Shown: positions 1 to 12,016, counted from the stretch's first letter. The stretch is DNA of 64,000 bases from Micrococcales bacterium (GCA_947454255.1 CANGIU010000003.1:27845-91844), one strand, 5' to 3'. Made by a program: numbers and translations. The notes: generated by a model not told the origin, from the sequence alone.

Positions 1-1
1 G

Positions 2-2653
2 TCCAAGCCTACCCTTCTGCTTATCGATGGTCATTCATTGGCATTTAGGGCTTTTTATGCGCTGAGCCCCGACTCCTTCAGAATCCCGAGTGGTCAGCAC
101 ACCAACGCTGTGCACGGCTTTATTTCTATGATGCTCAACATCCTGCAGAACGAAAAGCCAACCCATCTTGCAGTGGCTTTTGACCTCTCCAGATCGTCAT
201 TTAGAACTGAGGAATATCCCGAATACAAGGGAACTCGAGGAGAGACGCCCCCTGAATTCAACGGACAGACAGAGCTACTTGAAGAAGCACTTCAGGCGAT
301 GGGAATTATCACTCTTACCAAGGTGAACTATGAGGCGGACGATATCATCGCAAGTCTTGCCGATCAAGGAGCGGCAGCTGGCTACCGAGTTCTAATCGTG
401 TCCGGAGACCGGGATACCTTTCAGCTAATCCAAGACGATGTGACAATCTTGTACCCGGTAAAAGGTGTCATGAATCTTAACCGCATGAATGATGAAGCGG
501 TAGTTGAGAAGTATGGAATTCATGCCAAGCAATATCCAGATCTCGCAGCGCTGGTTGGCGAAACTTCAGATAACCTTCCTGGCGTGCCAGGGGTCGGGCC
601 TAAGACGGCAGCAAAATGGTTGGTGCAATATGGAGATCTTGAAGGTGTTCTAAAAGCTGCCCCAGAGATTCCAGGCAAAGTTGGGGAGAGCCTTAGAGAG
701 CATCAAGGCCTCGCTGTTAGAAACCGCAGATTGAATCACCTCGTTCGTGATTTAGACATCGGATACAGCTTCGATGCCTTCGTACTGAAACCAGTTGAAG
801 AAGATAAGGTTCGTGAAACCTTCGCGAAACTTCACTTCAGATCGCTTTTGGAAAGAGTATTAAAAGCGCGGGGGACTACTGGAGTTAGAACCGAACCGAC
901 TGTTACCGAAGACTACACAACTCCAGTTGCGGTTACTAGGGTTGCAAAACCCGCAGGCAAAATGCCAGCGGAAAGTTCGGGCGATTTGAAGAGCATCTCT
1001 TCGAGTAAGAATCCAGTCGCAGTTTTGCTCAGATTTGAAGAAGAGGGGGATAGGGCACTTCTTGAGGTAGGAATTTCTTGTGAATCTGCTCGAATCTCTC
1101 TCCACGGTAAAGATTTAGAGAGCGCACTTATATTTCTGGCTTCTGATAAAGAGAAGATCGTATACGATTCAAAAAACGCAGAACGCTCTTTAATCGAATT
1201 AGGGCAGGCGCTAAACGCAGTTGTGGCAGACCCACTACTTGCCGCATACGTTGATAACCCCTTGCGTAAAGGTTATGCAATCGAGTCGCTTGTTGAGGAG
1301 TACCTTGGAGTTGCAATAGCAGCACCTTCGGATGAAATTGGGGCAGCGCTTCCAACTGCATCAGAATTAGCTTGGTACCTTCTCCAGTTGAATGATTCGA
1401 TTCGCGATCGCCTTGAGGAATCCAAAGAAACCGAGGTTTACGCAAATGTTGAACTTCCGAGTAGCCATACTCTTGCCCGGATGGAAACTGCTGGAATAAC
1501 GCTCGATGTAAAGACTCTCGATGGCATGATGCGTGAACTAGACACAGAGATTACTGGCATCGCTAAATCTTGCTACAAGATAATCGGTAAAGAAATTAAT
1601 TTGGCGTCACCGAAACAGCTTCAGACTGTCTTATTTGAGGACCTCGGCATGAAGGGAACTAGCAAAGTTAAGACTGGTTTCTCTACTAATGCTGAGGCCC
1701 TAACTACATTGTTTGAGCAGACCGCTCATCCATTCTTAGAGAAACTTCTTCAACACCGAGAGCTAACCAAGATCAAGCAGATCGTAGAAACGATTATCAA
1801 GTCTGTTGCCGCTGACGGTCGTATTCACACCAGTTACGTTCAAACTGGAACCTCTACTGGACGTCTTTCCTCTGAGAACCCAAACTTGCAGAACATTCCG
1901 ATTCGCAGCGAGCGAGGTCGCAAGATTCGAGATTCGTTTGTTGTTGGCAAGGGTTTCGATCAAATTCTCACAGCAGATTACTCGCAGATCGAAATGAGAA
2001 TTCTTGCCCACCTCTCCGGTGATGCTGGTTTGATTGAAGCTTTCAAATCCGGCGAAGACCTCCACAAATTTGTTGGTTCTCGTATTTACGGTGTTAAGCC
2101 CGAAGAAGTAACTTCAGCCATGCGATCCAAGGTGAAGGCGATGTCTTATGGCTTGGTTTACGGTTTGAGTGAGTACGGTCTGGCAAAGCAATTGCGGATA
2201 GCCAACGCGGATGCCAAGCAGTTGATGGCAGATTACTTCGAGCGTTTCGGTGGGGTAAAGCGATACTTAGCTCAAGTTGTTGACGAAGCAAAGCTGGATG
2301 GCTTCACTAAGACAATATATGGTCGCAGAAGGCCATTCGATGATCTAAACAGCAAGATCTTTGCGATTAAGGAAAATGCCAGAAGAGCAGCACTGAACGC
2401 TCCAATCCAAGGCACTGCAGCCGACATTATGAAATTGGCCATGATCAACGTCGACAAGGCACTAATCAAGGCTGGTGTAAAGAGCAGGATTTTGCTTCAG
2501 GTACACGATGAATTGGTTCTCGAAGTCGTCAAAGCCGAGCTCGAGCAGGTTAAGGCCATCGTGATTCAGGAAATGACCAATGCCAGCAAGCTTGATGTGC
2601 CGCTGGAAGTAAATCTTGGAGTGGGAAAGAGCTGGGGAGAGGCAGCCCACTAA
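2..2653 (+). CDS. polA: DNA polymerase I (5' end lies upstream of the window)
   Basis: The frame is open from nt 2 and reads SKPTLLLIDGHSLAFRAFYAL, a 5'-nuclease N-terminus, so the TTG at 38 is not the true start. Family-A polymerase motifs DYSQIEMRILAH and QVHDELVLEV are present. Confidence 0.97.
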   Translation, partial: SKPTLLLIDGHSLAFRAFYALSPDSFRIPSGQHTNAVHGFISMMLNILQNEKPTHLAVAFDLSRSSFRTEEYPEYKGTRGETPPEFNGQTELLEEALQAMGIITLTKVNYEADDIIASLADQGAAAGYRVLIVSGDRDTFQLIQDDVTILYPVKGVMNLNRMNDEAVVEKYGIHAKQYPDLAALVGETSDNLPGVPGVGPKTAAKWLVQYGDLEGVLKAAPEIPGKVGESLREHQGLAVRNRRLNHLVRDLDIGYSFDAFVLKPVEEDKVRETFAKLHFRSLLERVLKARGTTGVRTEPTVTEDYTTPVAVTRVAKPAGKMPAESSGDLKSISSSKNPVAVLLRFEEEGDRALLEVGISCESARISLHGKDLESALIFLASDKEKIVYDSKNAERSLIELGQALNAVVADPLLAAYVDNPLRKGYAIESLVEEYLGVAIAAPSDEIGAALPTASELAWYLLQLNDSIRDRLEESKETEVYANVELPSSHTLARMETAGITLDVKTLDGMMRELDTEITGIAKSCYKIIGKEINLASPKQLQTVLFEDLGMKGTSKVKTGFSTNAEALTTLFEQTAHPFLEKLLQHRELTKIKQIVETIIKSVAADGRIHTSYVQTGTSTGRLSSENPNLQNIPIRSERGRKIRDSFVVGKGFDQILTADYSQIEMRILAHLSGDAGLIEAFKSGEDLHKFVGSRIYGVKPEEVTSAMRSKVKAMSYGLVYGLSEYGLAKQLRIANADAKQLMADYFERFGGVKRYLAQVVDEAKLDGFTKTIYGRRRPFDDLNSKIFAIKENARRAALNAPIQGTAADIMKLAMINVDKALIKAGVKSRILLQVHDELVLEVVKAELEQVKAIVIQEMTNASKLDVPLEVNLGVGKSWGEAAH

Positions 2654-2910
2654 TGGCGAAAGCGCTCGTAAAGGTTCTGACCGAGGTGGGATTACATGCC
2701 AGACCAGCAGCGGAATTCGTAAAAGCTGTAGCTGCCAGCGGTCATTTGGTTCATCTGAGCAATCGAACTGGCAAAAAGGTCTTGGGAAACAGCATTTTGG
2801 GGATTCTAAGCCTCGGAGTCAAACAGGGTGAAGAGATAACCATAGAGGTCTCAGGACTCAATGAAGATGACGTTCTTCAGACTCTAATAGCGGTTGTTTC
2901 AGGTCTTTAG
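2653..2910 (+). CDS. ptsH: HPr-family phosphocarrier protein
   Basis: 85 aa. GLHARPAA contains the catalytic His15 context and NSILGILSLGV the Ser46-region motif. The start overlaps the polA stop (TAATG). Confidence 0.8.
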   Translation: MAKALVKVLTEVGLHARPAAEFVKAVAASGHLVHLSNRTGKKVLGNSILGILSLGVKQGEEITIEVSGLNEDDVLQTLIAVVSGL

Positions 2911-3041
2911 TAGGCATTAGACTAGCGGAGGTCCATTTTATGGGCCAAAATCCTATCCATGTTCACCCTGGGATTGCCTATGTCGAAAGCAGAAGCAGCT
3001 TGGTGTGACCCGAGTAAAAACAAGATCGAGATATCATCTCT

Positions 3042-4511
3042 ATGACAAGTACTGAAAAAGCTCCTGCACAAGTAGCAATCAATGACATTGGCTCTGCAGA
3101 AGAACTATTAGCAGCAATCGAACTAACCCTTAAATCATTCAACGATGGTGACCTTATTCAAGGAATCGTTGTAAAGATTGACCGCGACGAAGTGCTCCTA
3201 GACGTCGGATACAAAACAGAAGGTGTAATCCCTTCACGCGAACTTTCAATTCGCCACGATGCAGACCCAAGTGAAATTGTCACTGTTGGAGACACCATCG
3301 AGGCTCTTGTTCTTCAGAAAGAAGACAAAGAAGGCCGCCTAATTCTTTCTAAGAAGCGTGCACAGTACGAGCGTGCTTGGGGCGATGTCGAAAAGATCAA
3401 AGAAGCCGACGGCGTTGTTCAGGGATACGTTATTGAAGTTGTTAAGGGTGGCCTTATCGTTGACATCGGTCTTCGTGGATTCCTTCCAGCTTCACTTATA
3501 GAACTAAGACGTGTTCGCGACCTAACTCCTTACCTAGGGCAGACAATTGATGCCAAGATTCTTGAACTAGACAAGAACCGCAACAACGTTGTTCTATCTC
3601 GTCGTGCACTTCTTGAAGAGTCACAGTCAGCTAACCGCACAACCTTCCTAGCAGATCTTGCTAAGGGTCAGATTCGTACGGGTGTTGTTTCATCTATCGT
3701 AAACTTCGGTGCATTCATTGACCTAGGTGGCGTTGATGGTCTTGTTCACGTGAGCGAGCTTTCATGGAAGCACATCGAGCACGCATCTGAAGTTGTTGAG
3801 ATCGGTCAGGAAGTAACTGTTGAGGTTCTAGAAGTTGATTCTGAGCGCGAACGTGTTTCACTTTCATTGAAGTCAACTCAAGAAGACCCATGGCAGGTAT
3901 TCGCAAGAACTCACGCAATCGGTCAGTACGCACCAGGTAAGGTGACCAAGATCGTTCCATTCGGTGCATTCGTGCGCGTTGCAGATGGAATCGAAGGCCT
4001 AGTTCACATCAGTGAGTTATCAGCCAAGCACATCGACCTTGCAAGTCAGGTTGTAACAGTTAACCAGGACGTATTCGTCAAGGTTATTGACATCGACCTA
4101 GACCGTCGTCGTATCTCACTTTCATTGAAGCAGGCAACTGAAGAAGTGAACCCAGAGAGCGCTGATTTCAACCCAGCCCTATACGGATTGGCAACAGACT
4201 TCGATGACCAGGGTAACTACAAGTACCCAGATGGTTTCGATGCTGCTACCAGCGAGTGGAAGCCAGGCTTCGAAGAGGCTAAGGCCAAGTGGGAGAAGGA
4301 ATACTCAGAGGCCCAAACACGTTGGGAAGAGCACAAGAAGCAGGTTAAGGCTTTCCACGAGCTAGAGGCCAGCCTTCCTGACGCTAAGCCTGAAGACGCA
4401 GCTGCCAGCACCACTTCATCTTCTTCTGAAGGTGCCAATGTTTCAGCAGGGACACTTTCTGCAGATGAATCATTGAGCGCTCTTCGCGACAAGTTGAACG
4501 AAGCAGAATAG
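3042..4511 (+). CDS. rpsA: 30S ribosomal protein S1
   Basis: 489 aa with four repeated S1 OB-fold units (e.g. GVVSSIVNFGAFIDLGGVDGLVHVSELSW and GKVTKIVPFGAFVRVADGIEGLVHISELS). Acidic C-terminal tail. Confidence 0.95.
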   Translation: MTSTEKAPAQVAINDIGSAEELLAAIELTLKSFNDGDLIQGIVVKIDRDEVLLDVGYKTEGVIPSRELSIRHDADPSEIVTVGDTIEALVLQKEDKEGRLILSKKRAQYERAWGDVEKIKEADGVVQGYVIEVVKGGLIVDIGLRGFLPASLIELRRVRDLTPYLGQTIDAKILELDKNRNNVVLSRRALLEESQSANRTTFLADLAKGQIRTGVVSSIVNFGAFIDLGGVDGLVHVSELSWKHIEHASEVVEIGQEVTVEVLEVDSERERVSLSLKSTQEDPWQVFARTHAIGQYAPGKVTKIVPFGAFVRVADGIEGLVHISELSAKHIDLASQVVTVNQDVFVKVIDIDLDRRRISLSLKQATEEVNPESADFNPALYGLATDFDDQGNYKYPDGFDAATSEWKPGFEEAKAKWEKEYSEAQTRWEEHKKQVKAFHELEASLPDAKPEDAAASTTSSSSEGANVSAGTLSADESLSALRDKLNEAE

Positions 4512-4524
4512 TTCTGAAAAGTAT

Positions 4525-4554
4525 TGAGGGGCTGAGAGCAATCTCAGCCCCTCA
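4525..4554 (+). terminator. Intrinsic terminator hairpin after rpsA
   Basis: Perfect 13-bp stem TGAGGGGCTGAGA / TCTCAGCCCCTCA with a GCAA loop, 14 nt after the rpsA stop. The downstream T-tract is weak (GTCATTT). Confidence 0.7.
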
Positions 4555-4579
4555 GTCATTTAATAGTTAGGCTTAACAC

Positions 4580-5185
4580 GTGTATTTGATAGGGCTAACC
4601 GGCGGAATCGCAGCAGGTAAAACAACTGTTGCCAAGCATTGGGTGAGCCGTGGGGCAATAGAGATTGATGCAGATCAGTTGGCAAGGGAAGTCGTTCTCC
4701 CTAATACCCCAGGAGCTTTAAGAGTTCGCGAAGTATTTGGAGACTCGTTCTTTGACCACGATGGAAATCTGGACCGCAAAGCGCTCGGAAAGTTAGTATT
4801 TGGATCCAAAGAGGATCTTGCGAAGCTCGAGACTATTGTTCATCCATTAGTGCAGGCTCGAACAAGGGAATTGCTTAGTGCATTACCTGCAGGCACTATT
4901 GCTATTTATACGGTTCCGCTTTTGGTTGAAGCAAGCGTCGCTCTTGATTTTGATGTTGTGGTCACAGTTGAAGCCCCCGAGGCTGAACGAGTAAAGCGGT
5001 TGATGCAATCTCGTGGTTACTCTGAAATGGAAGCCAAATCCAGAATTGCTAATCAGGCTAGTCCAATCGAACGTGCTGCACGAGCCGACTTCATCCTGAA
5101 TTCCAATCAGGACATCCTCCTATTGCTTCGTGATGCAGATGCTCTTTGGGAAAAATTTCTTTTGGCCAGCAAGGAAAAGAATTGA
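4580..5185 (+). CDS. coaE: Dephospho-CoA kinase
   Basis: GTG start. P-loop [13 protein letters not shown] at the N-terminus. About 200 aa and positioned between rpsA and uvrB as in other actinobacteria. Confidence 0.9.
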   Translation: MYLIGLTGGIAAGKTTVAKHWVSRGAIEIDADQLAREVVLPNTPGALRVREVFGDSFFDHDGNLDRKALGKLVFGSKEDLAKLETIVHPLVQARTRELLSALPAGTIAIYTVPLLVEASVALDFDVVVTVEAPEAERVKRLMQSRGYSEMEAKSRIANQASPIERAARADFILNSNQDILLLLRDADALWEKFLLASKEKN

Positions 5186-7248
5186 AAGGCCCAACTAGAA
5201 CCTTTGCACCTTTCGAGGTGATAAGTGATTACAAGCCTTCGGGAGACCAACCGCAGGCCATTGGTGAACTAACTCAAAGAATTCTCGCTGGCGAGAAGGA
5301 TGTTGTTCTACTTGGTGCAACTGGTACAGGTAAGTCTGCAACAACGGCCTGGCTGATCGAGAAGTTGCAGAGGCCAACATTGGTATTGGCTCATAACAAA
5401 ACACTTGCAGCTCAATTAGTAAATGAGTTTAGAGAACTTCTTCCAAATAACGCTGTTGAATATTTCGTTAGCTATTACGACTATTACCAACCTGAGGCCT
5501 ACGTCCCGCAAACAGATACCTTTATCGAGAAGGACTCTTCTATAAACGAGGAAGTCGAACGTTTGCGCTATTCAGCGACGATGAGCCTACTTAGTCGTAG
5601 AGATGTTGTCGTAGTGAGCACGGTGTCTTGCATTTACGGGCTAGGTGCGCCAAGTGAGTATCTGGACATGTCTATTCCTTTGCATAAAGGTCAAAACATT
5701 GATCGCGATGAACTCATTCGGGAATTCGTCGCTATGCAGTATCAGAGAAACGATTACGACTTTTCTAGAGGTAACTTCAGGGTCAAGGGGGACACTATTG
5801 AAATTATCCCCGTCTATGACGAGTTGGCTATCCGCTTAGAACTATTTGGAGATGAGATTGAGAATATTTACCAGCTTCACCCGCTAACAGGTGAAGTGGT
5901 AAGAGCAATTGACACCATTTCAGTTTTCCCTGCTAGCTACTACGTAACATCCCCGGAACGAATGGGAGTTGCTCTAGAAGCTATTGAGGAAGAAATGGTA
6001 GCTCGGGTAAAGGAATTCGAAGTTCAAGGGAAACTCTTGGAAGCACAACGCATCAAGATGCGGACAACTTTCGATCTCGAAATGATTAGAGAGTTGGGTT
6101 TCTGTAGTGGTATTGAAAATTACTCTAGGCATCTAGATGGCAGAGAACCAGGGTCTTCACCTTCATGCCTCTTGGATTATTTCCCCGAAGATTTTCTCAC
6201 TGTTATCGATGAGTCTCACGTCACTGTGCCGCAGATAGGGGCCATGTATGAAGGAGATTCATCTCGAAAACGTACGCTTGTTGAGCACGGGTTCCGCTTG
6301 CCATCGGCTATGGATAACCGACCACTAAAGTGGACAGAATTCCTGGATAGAGTTGGCCAAACTGTCTATCTTTCAGCAACCCCAGGTAAATATGAACTTG
6401 GAGTCGGCGATGGGGTAGTTGAACAGATTATTCGACCAACCGGTTTGATTGATCCAAAAATTGTCGTCAAACCATCCAAGGGTCAAATTGATGATCTTTT
6501 AGAGGAAATTAAGGTTAGAGCAGCTAAGGATGAGCGTGTCCTGGTTACCACTTTGACAAAAAAGATGTCTGAGGAACTAACCGATTTTCTAACGGAAGCT
6601 GGGGTTCGGGTCCGCTACCTTCACAGCGATGTCGACACCCTACGACGAGTTGAGCTGCTTCGAGAGCTCAGATCAGGAGTCTATGACGTCCTAGTTGGAA
6701 TTAACCTTCTTCGTGAAGGTCTTGACCTGCCGGAAGTGTCTTTGGTCAGCATCTTGGATGCGGACAAAGAGGGATTCCTTAGATCAACTACTTCGCTAAT
6801 TCAGACCATCGGTCGAGCCGCTAGAAACGTAAGCGGTGAAGTGCATATGTATGCGGATAAAATCACCGACTCGATGGCCAGGGCTATCGATGAGACTAAC
6901 CGTAGAAGACAGAAACAAGTCGATTACAACACTGCGCACGGGGTTGACCCGCAACCGTTACGTAAAAAGATTGCCGATATAACTGACAGTATTTTGCGTG
7001 AGGAGCAGGACACAGCGAAGCTCGTTGAACAGAGCAAGGGCAAACGGGGTAAGGATAACAAGCAAATTGTTGGGGCTAGATCAAGACCGAACCAGAATGC
7101 AAGCTACGACGAGCTTTTAGCTCTCGTTGTTGATCTTGACCAGCAAATGAAGGCGGCTGCTACCGAACTGAAGTTCGAGCTGGCAGCACGGCTTAGAGAC
7201 GAAATCAGTGAACTTAAATACACGATTAGGCAGATAGACAAGGTCTAG
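5182..7248 (+). CDS. uvrB: Excinuclease ABC subunit B
   Basis: Walker [11 protein letters not shown], helicase motifs and a C-terminal UVR domain ([14 protein letters not shown]). The ORF is open from TTG 5146, but TTG 5182 follows an AAGGA Shine-Dalgarno at 5171-5175 and overlaps the coaE stop (TTGA), so I prefer it. The start is uncertain. Confidence 0.93.
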   Translation: MKGPTRTFAPFEVISDYKPSGDQPQAIGELTQRILAGEKDVVLLGATGTGKSATTAWLIEKLQRPTLVLAHNKTLAAQLVNEFRELLPNNAVEYFVSYYDYYQPEAYVPQTDTFIEKDSSINEEVERLRYSATMSLLSRRDVVVVSTVSCIYGLGAPSEYLDMSIPLHKGQNIDRDELIREFVAMQYQRNDYDFSRGNFRVKGDTIEIIPVYDELAIRLELFGDEIENIYQLHPLTGEVVRAIDTISVFPASYYVTSPERMGVALEAIEEEMVARVKEFEVQGKLLEAQRIKMRTTFDLEMIRELGFCSGIENYSRHLDGREPGSSPSCLLDYFPEDFLTVIDESHVTVPQIGAMYEGDSSRKRTLVEHGFRLPSAMDNRPLKWTEFLDRVGQTVYLSATPGKYELGVGDGVVEQIIRPTGLIDPKIVVKPSKGQIDDLLEEIKVRAAKDERVLVTTLTKKMSEELTDFLTEAGVRVRYLHSDVDTLRRVELLRELRSGVYDVLVGINLLREGLDLPEVSLVSILDADKEGFLRSTTSLIQTIGRAARNVSGEVHMYADKITDSMARAIDETNRRRQKQVDYNTAHGVDPQPLRKKIADITDSILREEQDTAKLVEQSKGKRGKDNKQIVGARSRPNQNASYDELLALVVDLDQQMKAAATELKFELAARLRDEISELKYTIRQIDKV

Positions 7249-7285
7249 AGTCGATGCCGCTGGTCTACCAGTAAGTTAAACTAGG

Positions 7286-10153
7286 TTGATGCCACACATA
7301 GCCATTCCCACCAAAGACAAGCTCGTAATCAAGGGCGCTAGGGTTCATAACCTTAAGAATCTAACCCTTGAGATACCTAAGAACGCCATGGTTGTCTTTA
7401 CTGGTCTGAGTGGTTCGGGAAAATCATCTCTTGCCTTCGACACTATTTTCGCTGAAGGACAACGCCGATACGTTGAATCACTTAGCGCGTACGCTAGACA
7501 ATTCCTGGGACAAGTGGATCGGCCTGATGTTGACTTCATTGAAGGCCTCTCTCCAGCTGTTTCGATAGATCAGAAGTCAACAAACCGAAACCCTCGCTCA
7601 ACTGTTGGAACAATCACTGAAGTTCACGATTATCTACGTTTACTCTGGGCACGAATTGGAATCCCACACTGTGCTGAGTGTGGTGAGAAGATCACCAAGC
7701 AAACGACCCAACAAATTGTTGATCAGATTATGCAGTTGCCTGCTGGAACTAAGTTCCAGGTTCTCGCTCAAATCGTAGACCAGAAAAAGGGCGAGTTCTC
7801 AGATCTGTTTCGTGATCTTATCTCTCAAGGTTTCGCAAGAGCAGTTGTTGATGGCGAAGTAATTCAGTTAGCTGAAGCCAAACCACTTAAGAAGACTTTC
7901 AAACACGACATTTCAGTAGTTGTCGATCGACTTGTTGCTAAATCTGACATTCTTCAACGCCTGACTGATTCTGTTGAGACAGCACTAAAACTTGCCAATG
8001 GAAGATTGACTCTAGATTTGATCGATGCAAAAGGTGATGGCAGATTCAGGAATTTTAGTGAGAAGATGTCTTGCCCAAATGAACATCCTTTAGCACTAAC
8101 TGAGATTGAGCCTAGAACTTTCTCATTCAACGCACCATTTGGCGCATGTCCTACCTGTTCAGGCCTTGGAACAAAGATGGCAGTGGATAGAGAACTTGTT
8201 ATTGGTGACGTCTCGGAATCCATAAATGGTGGAGTCATAAGACCTTGGTCAACCCAAGGAAAAGGTTTATTCACCTACTACACAAGACTGCTAACTGGCT
8301 TGGCTAAGGACATGGACTTCTCGCTTGATACAGCCTGGCAAGATCTCCCAGAAGAGATTCAGGATGCCGTCCTATTTGGAAATAACTTTGATGTTCAAAT
8401 GAAGTGGAAGAACAAGTATGGGCGCGAACTCAGATACACCACTGGTTTCGAGGGTGCACTAAATTACATCGAGCGCAAGTACCTAGAGGCGGAGAATGAT
8501 TACGGTCGTTCACGTTGGGCTGAGTATCTGCGTGAGACTCCATGCCCAGATTGCAAAGGTGCAAGACTGCGTCCTGAAGTCCTTGCCGTTAAGGTTTCCA
8601 ACACTTCAATAGCTGATGTTTGTTTTATGTCATTGGCTAACTGCTTGAGCTTCTTTGAGAAACTCAAACTAGACAAGCGTGATGAGAAGATCGCTGCTCA
8701 AGTGCTGAGGGAGATCAAAGCCAGACTCGAGTTCCTAGTCGCAGTTGGTCTGGAATACCTCAGTTTGGAAAGAGCTGCTGCCACTCTTTCTGGTGGAGAG
8801 GCACAACGAATCAGGCTAGCCACCCAGATAGGTGCTGGTTTAACTGGTGTCCTCTATGTTCTGGATGAGCCAAGCATCGGACTTCATCAACGTGATAACC
8901 GCAGACTTATCGAGACACTAATAAAACTCAAGGAATTGGGAAACACCCTGATAGTTGTGGAGCACGACGAAGACACCATCAGGGCAGCGGATTGGTTGGT
9001 CGACATTGGCCCAGGCGCCGGCGTCCATGGTGGTGAAGTTGTGCACAGTGGAAGTTATAAGGCGATTCTGACGAACAAAGAATCCATAACTGGAGCTTTC
9101 CTAAGTGGTAGAGAATCCATCGCCACTCCTAAATCGCGCAGAACTGCTGATATGAAGCGCGTAATCAAGGTAGTGGGAGCGAAAGAAAATAACCTGAAGA
9201 ACGTGGATGCAGTTTTCCCTCTTGGTACATTAACTGCCGTTACTGGCGTTAGCGGTTCAGGTAAATCTTCACTGGTAAATGATGTGCTTTATGAAGTATT
9301 AGCTAACAAACTCAATGGAGCAAAAGGTGTTGCTGGTAAACACACTCGTGTTGAAGGTCTAGACCAGCTAGACAAAGTCGTTCACGTGGATCAGAACCCA
9401 ATTGGTAGAACTCCTAGGTCTAATCCTGCAACCTACACCGGTGTCTTTGACAACATACGAAAGCTTTTCGCCGATACTCCAGAATCAAAGGCTAGGGGAT
9501 ACCAGCAGGGTAGATTCTCATTCAACGTTAGGGGCGGTCGCTGCGAGGCATGCAGTGGTGATGGAACTCTAAAGATTGAGATGAACTTCTTGCCAGATGT
9601 ATACGTGTCTTGTGAAGTCTGTCATGGTGCTCGATACAACCGTGAAACCCTCCAAGTTCGATACAAAGGAAAAAATATTTCTGAAGTACTCGAGATGCCA
9701 ATCTCAGAGGCAGCTGAGTTCTTCGCTGCCATAACTGCTATCTCAAGGTATCTAGATACTCTTGTCGAGGTTGGGCTGGGCTATGTTCGGCTTGGCCAAA
9801 GCGCAACTACTCTATCTGGGGGTGAGGCGCAACGAGTTAAGTTGGCGACGGAACTTCAAAAGCGCTCTAATGGTCGAAGTATCTACGTCTTGGACGAACC
9901 AACAACGGGTTTGCACTTCGAAGATGTGCGTAAATTGTTGATTGTCCTAAATGGTCTGGTTGAGAAAGGTAACACCGTAGTTGTTATCGAGCACAACCTG
10001 GATGTCATCAAGTGTGCGGACTGGATTATTGACATTGGTCCAGAAGGTGGATCTGGTGGTGGGGAAATAGTTGCCACTGGAACTCCAGAAGAAGTCGCTA
10101 AATCCACTAAGTCTCACACCGCTAAGTTCCTAAAGGAAATCCTAGGTTCCTAG
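7286..10153 (+). CDS. uvrA: Excinuclease ABC subunit A
   Basis: 955 aa. Two ABC modules ([14 protein letters not shown] and [11 protein letters not shown]; two LSGGEAQR signatures) plus zinc-finger Cys clusters (CxxC pairs). The start is TTG 7286 or ATG 7289. Confidence 0.97.
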   Translation: MMPHIAIPTKDKLVIKGARVHNLKNLTLEIPKNAMVVFTGLSGSGKSSLAFDTIFAEGQRRYVESLSAYARQFLGQVDRPDVDFIEGLSPAVSIDQKSTNRNPRSTVGTITEVHDYLRLLWARIGIPHCAECGEKITKQTTQQIVDQIMQLPAGTKFQVLAQIVDQKKGEFSDLFRDLISQGFARAVVDGEVIQLAEAKPLKKTFKHDISVVVDRLVAKSDILQRLTDSVETALKLANGRLTLDLIDAKGDGRFRNFSEKMSCPNEHPLALTEIEPRTFSFNAPFGACPTCSGLGTKMAVDRELVIGDVSESINGGVIRPWSTQGKGLFTYYTRLLTGLAKDMDFSLDTAWQDLPEEIQDAVLFGNNFDVQMKWKNKYGRELRYTTGFEGALNYIERKYLEAENDYGRSRWAEYLRETPCPDCKGARLRPEVLAVKVSNTSIADVCFMSLANCLSFFEKLKLDKRDEKIAAQVLREIKARLEFLVAVGLEYLSLERAAATLSGGEAQRIRLATQIGAGLTGVLYVLDEPSIGLHQRDNRRLIETLIKLKELGNTLIVVEHDEDTIRAADWLVDIGPGAGVHGGEVVHSGSYKAILTNKESITGAFLSGRESIATPKSRRTADMKRVIKVVGAKENNLKNVDAVFPLGTLTAVTGVSGSGKSSLVNDVLYEVLANKLNGAKGVAGKHTRVEGLDQLDKVVHVDQNPIGRTPRSNPATYTGVFDNIRKLFADTPESKARGYQQGRFSFNVRGGRCEACSGDGTLKIEMNFLPDVYVSCEVCHGARYNRETLQVRYKGKNISEVLEMPISEAAEFFAAITAISRYLDTLVEVGLGYVRLGQSATTLSGGEAQRVKLATELQKRSNGRSIYVLDEPTTGLHFEDVRKLLIVLNGLVEKGNTVVVIEHNLDVIKCADWIIDIGPEGGSGGGEIVATGTPEEVAKSTKSHTAKFLKEILGS

Positions 10154-12016
10154 ATGGCCAACGATGTCGATTTTCGACCAAAAACCGGAGAGATTCCAAC
10201 CAACCCGGGGGTGTATCGGTTTATCGATGAGAACGGTCGAGTGCTGTATGTCGGAAAGGCAAAAAACCTAAGAGCAAGACTCAGTTCATACTTCGCTCCT
10301 CTAGAGAGTTTGCAAGAGAAGACCAGACGCATGGTGCAGACCGCACGTGATGTGAATTGGACCATCGTAAAGACAGAATTTGAAGCCCTCCAACTTGAAT
10401 TCACTTGGATTAAGGAATTTGATCCGCCATTCAACGTTAGGTTCAAGGACGATAAGAGCTACCCATATCTTGCGGTCACACTAGGGGATGAGATTCCTCG
10501 CGCTTTCATCACTAGAAACAAGGACATCAAGCAAGCTAAGTATTTCGGTCCATATACGCAATCCTGGGCCGTTAGAGAGACTCTTGATACTCTGCTGAAG
10601 GTTTACCCAATCAGATCTTGCACTAGCGGAACATACCAGCGAGCAAAACGAACAAACAGACCATGTCTGCTTGCTGACATAGGGAAGTGTTCAGCTCCAT
10701 GTGTTGGGAGAGTCTCAGCTGCGCAGCACAAAGCAATAACGAAGGACTTTGTTGATTTTATGAATCATGGCGATGAAGGTCACATCGATTCATTAAAGCA
10801 GCACATGGCTGCAGCATCCGAAACTCAACAGTACGAATTGGCTGCTTCCTTGCGGGATGATGTTTCTGCTCTTGAGGCTGTTTTGGAAAAGAGCACTGTC
10901 GTTTTCACAGACAACACAGATGCAGATCTGTTTGGTATTGCGGATGATGAATTGACTGCTGCGGTTAGTCTGTTCAGGGTTCGTGGTGGCCGAATCAGAG
11001 GTGTACGAGCTTGGGTAGTAGATAAGGAACTTGAAAGAGATACCCGAGAGTTAGTGGAATACCTGCTTCAAAACGTTTACGGAATCGACTCGACATTCGC
11101 CTCAGATGTTCCTAAAGAAATTCTCGTTCCACTCTTGCCAGAAGATGCTCAGGCGCTGAGTCTTTGGCTTTCAGAGATTCGAGGTAGCAAGGTTGATCTG
11201 CGTGTTCCGCAAAGGGGAGATAAAAGAGCTCTGGCAGAGACTGCCGCAACCAATGCTAAACATGCGCTCTCGCTATACAAACTGAGAAGGACTGCTGACT
11301 TCACCGCGAGGACCGAAGCACTAGGGGAGATACAAAGGTATTTGAACCTAGAGTCTGCACCGCTTCGAATTGAGTGTTTCGATGTTTCTCATCTGGGGGG
11401 TACTGGCGTTGTTGCGTCAATGGTGGTATTTGAAGATGGTCTGCCCAAGAAAGATCATTATCGAAAATTCAATATCGACGAAACTACAGATGACACAGAC
11501 TCTATTTACCAAGTACTAACCAGAAGACTGAAATATCTAGTTGCTGCAGAAGATGAACTGACCGGTAAATTCAGTTACCGCCCTGGGTTACTGATAGTTG
11601 ACGGTGGCCAGCCACAGGTTAATGCAGCACAGCGGGCTCTTGACGATTTGGGAATAACTGATATCCACATCGTTGGGCTGGCTAAACGCTTGGAAGAGAT
11701 TTGGCTTCCTAATAATCCGTTCCCTACGATCCTCCCGCGAGGAACAGAAGCACTTTTTCTCTTGCAAAGGGTCCGTGATGAAGCTCACCGATTTGCAATC
11801 ACTGCTCAACGACAGAAGCGCAAGTCCGCTATCGCAACAGAATTATTGAACATCGAGGGGCTAGGAGAGAAGAGAGTGACCGCACTTTTACGTCGCTTTG
11901 GTTCAGCGAAGAGACTAAGAGCTGCCTCGGTGGAGGAAATTGCAGAGGTGGCTGGTATTGGAAAAGGCCTAGCGGAGGCAATTATTGAGAGTATTGAACC
12001 TTCCGAAAGCCTCTAG
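10154..12016 (+). CDS. uvrC: Excinuclease ABC subunit C
   Basis: GIY-YIG N-terminus ([28 protein letters not shown]), a UVR motif and a C-terminal HhH region. The ATG immediately follows the uvrA TAG. Confidence 0.95.
   Translation: MANDVDFRPKTGEIPTNPGVYRFIDENGRVLYVGKAKNLRARLSSYFAPLESLQEKTRRMVQTARDVNWTIVKTEFEALQLEFTWIKEFDPPFNVRFKDDKSYPYLAVTLGDEIPRAFITRNKDIKQAKYFGPYTQSWAVRETLDTLLKVYPIRSCTSGTYQRAKRTNRPCLLADIGKCSAPCVGRVSAAQHKAITKDFVDFMNHGDEGHIDSLKQHMAAASETQQYELAASLRDDVSALEAVLEKSTVVFTDNTDADLFGIADDELTAAVSLFRVRGGRIRGVRAWVVDKELERDTRELVEYLLQNVYGIDSTFASDVPKEILVPLLPEDAQALSLWLSEIRGSKVDLRVPQRGDKRALAETAATNAKHALSLYKLRRTADFTARTEALGEIQRYLNLESAPLRIECFDVSHLGGTGVVASMVVFEDGLPKKDHYRKFNIDETTDDTDSIYQVLTRRLKYLVAAEDELTGKFSYRPGLLIVDGGQPQVNAAQRALDDLGITDIHIVGLAKRLEEIWLPNNPFPTILPRGTEALFLLQRVRDEAHRFAITAQRQKRKSAIATELLNIEGLGEKRVTALLRRFGSAKRLRAASVEEIAEVAGIGKGLAEAIIESIEPSESL

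Noticed and set aside
2616-2831. 71-aa ORF overlapping the end of polA and most of the HPr gene.
   Set aside because: It is in the wrong frame relative to the clearly recognisable HPr sequence (GLHARPAA) and has a Gly/Ser/Arg-rich nonsense-like composition.
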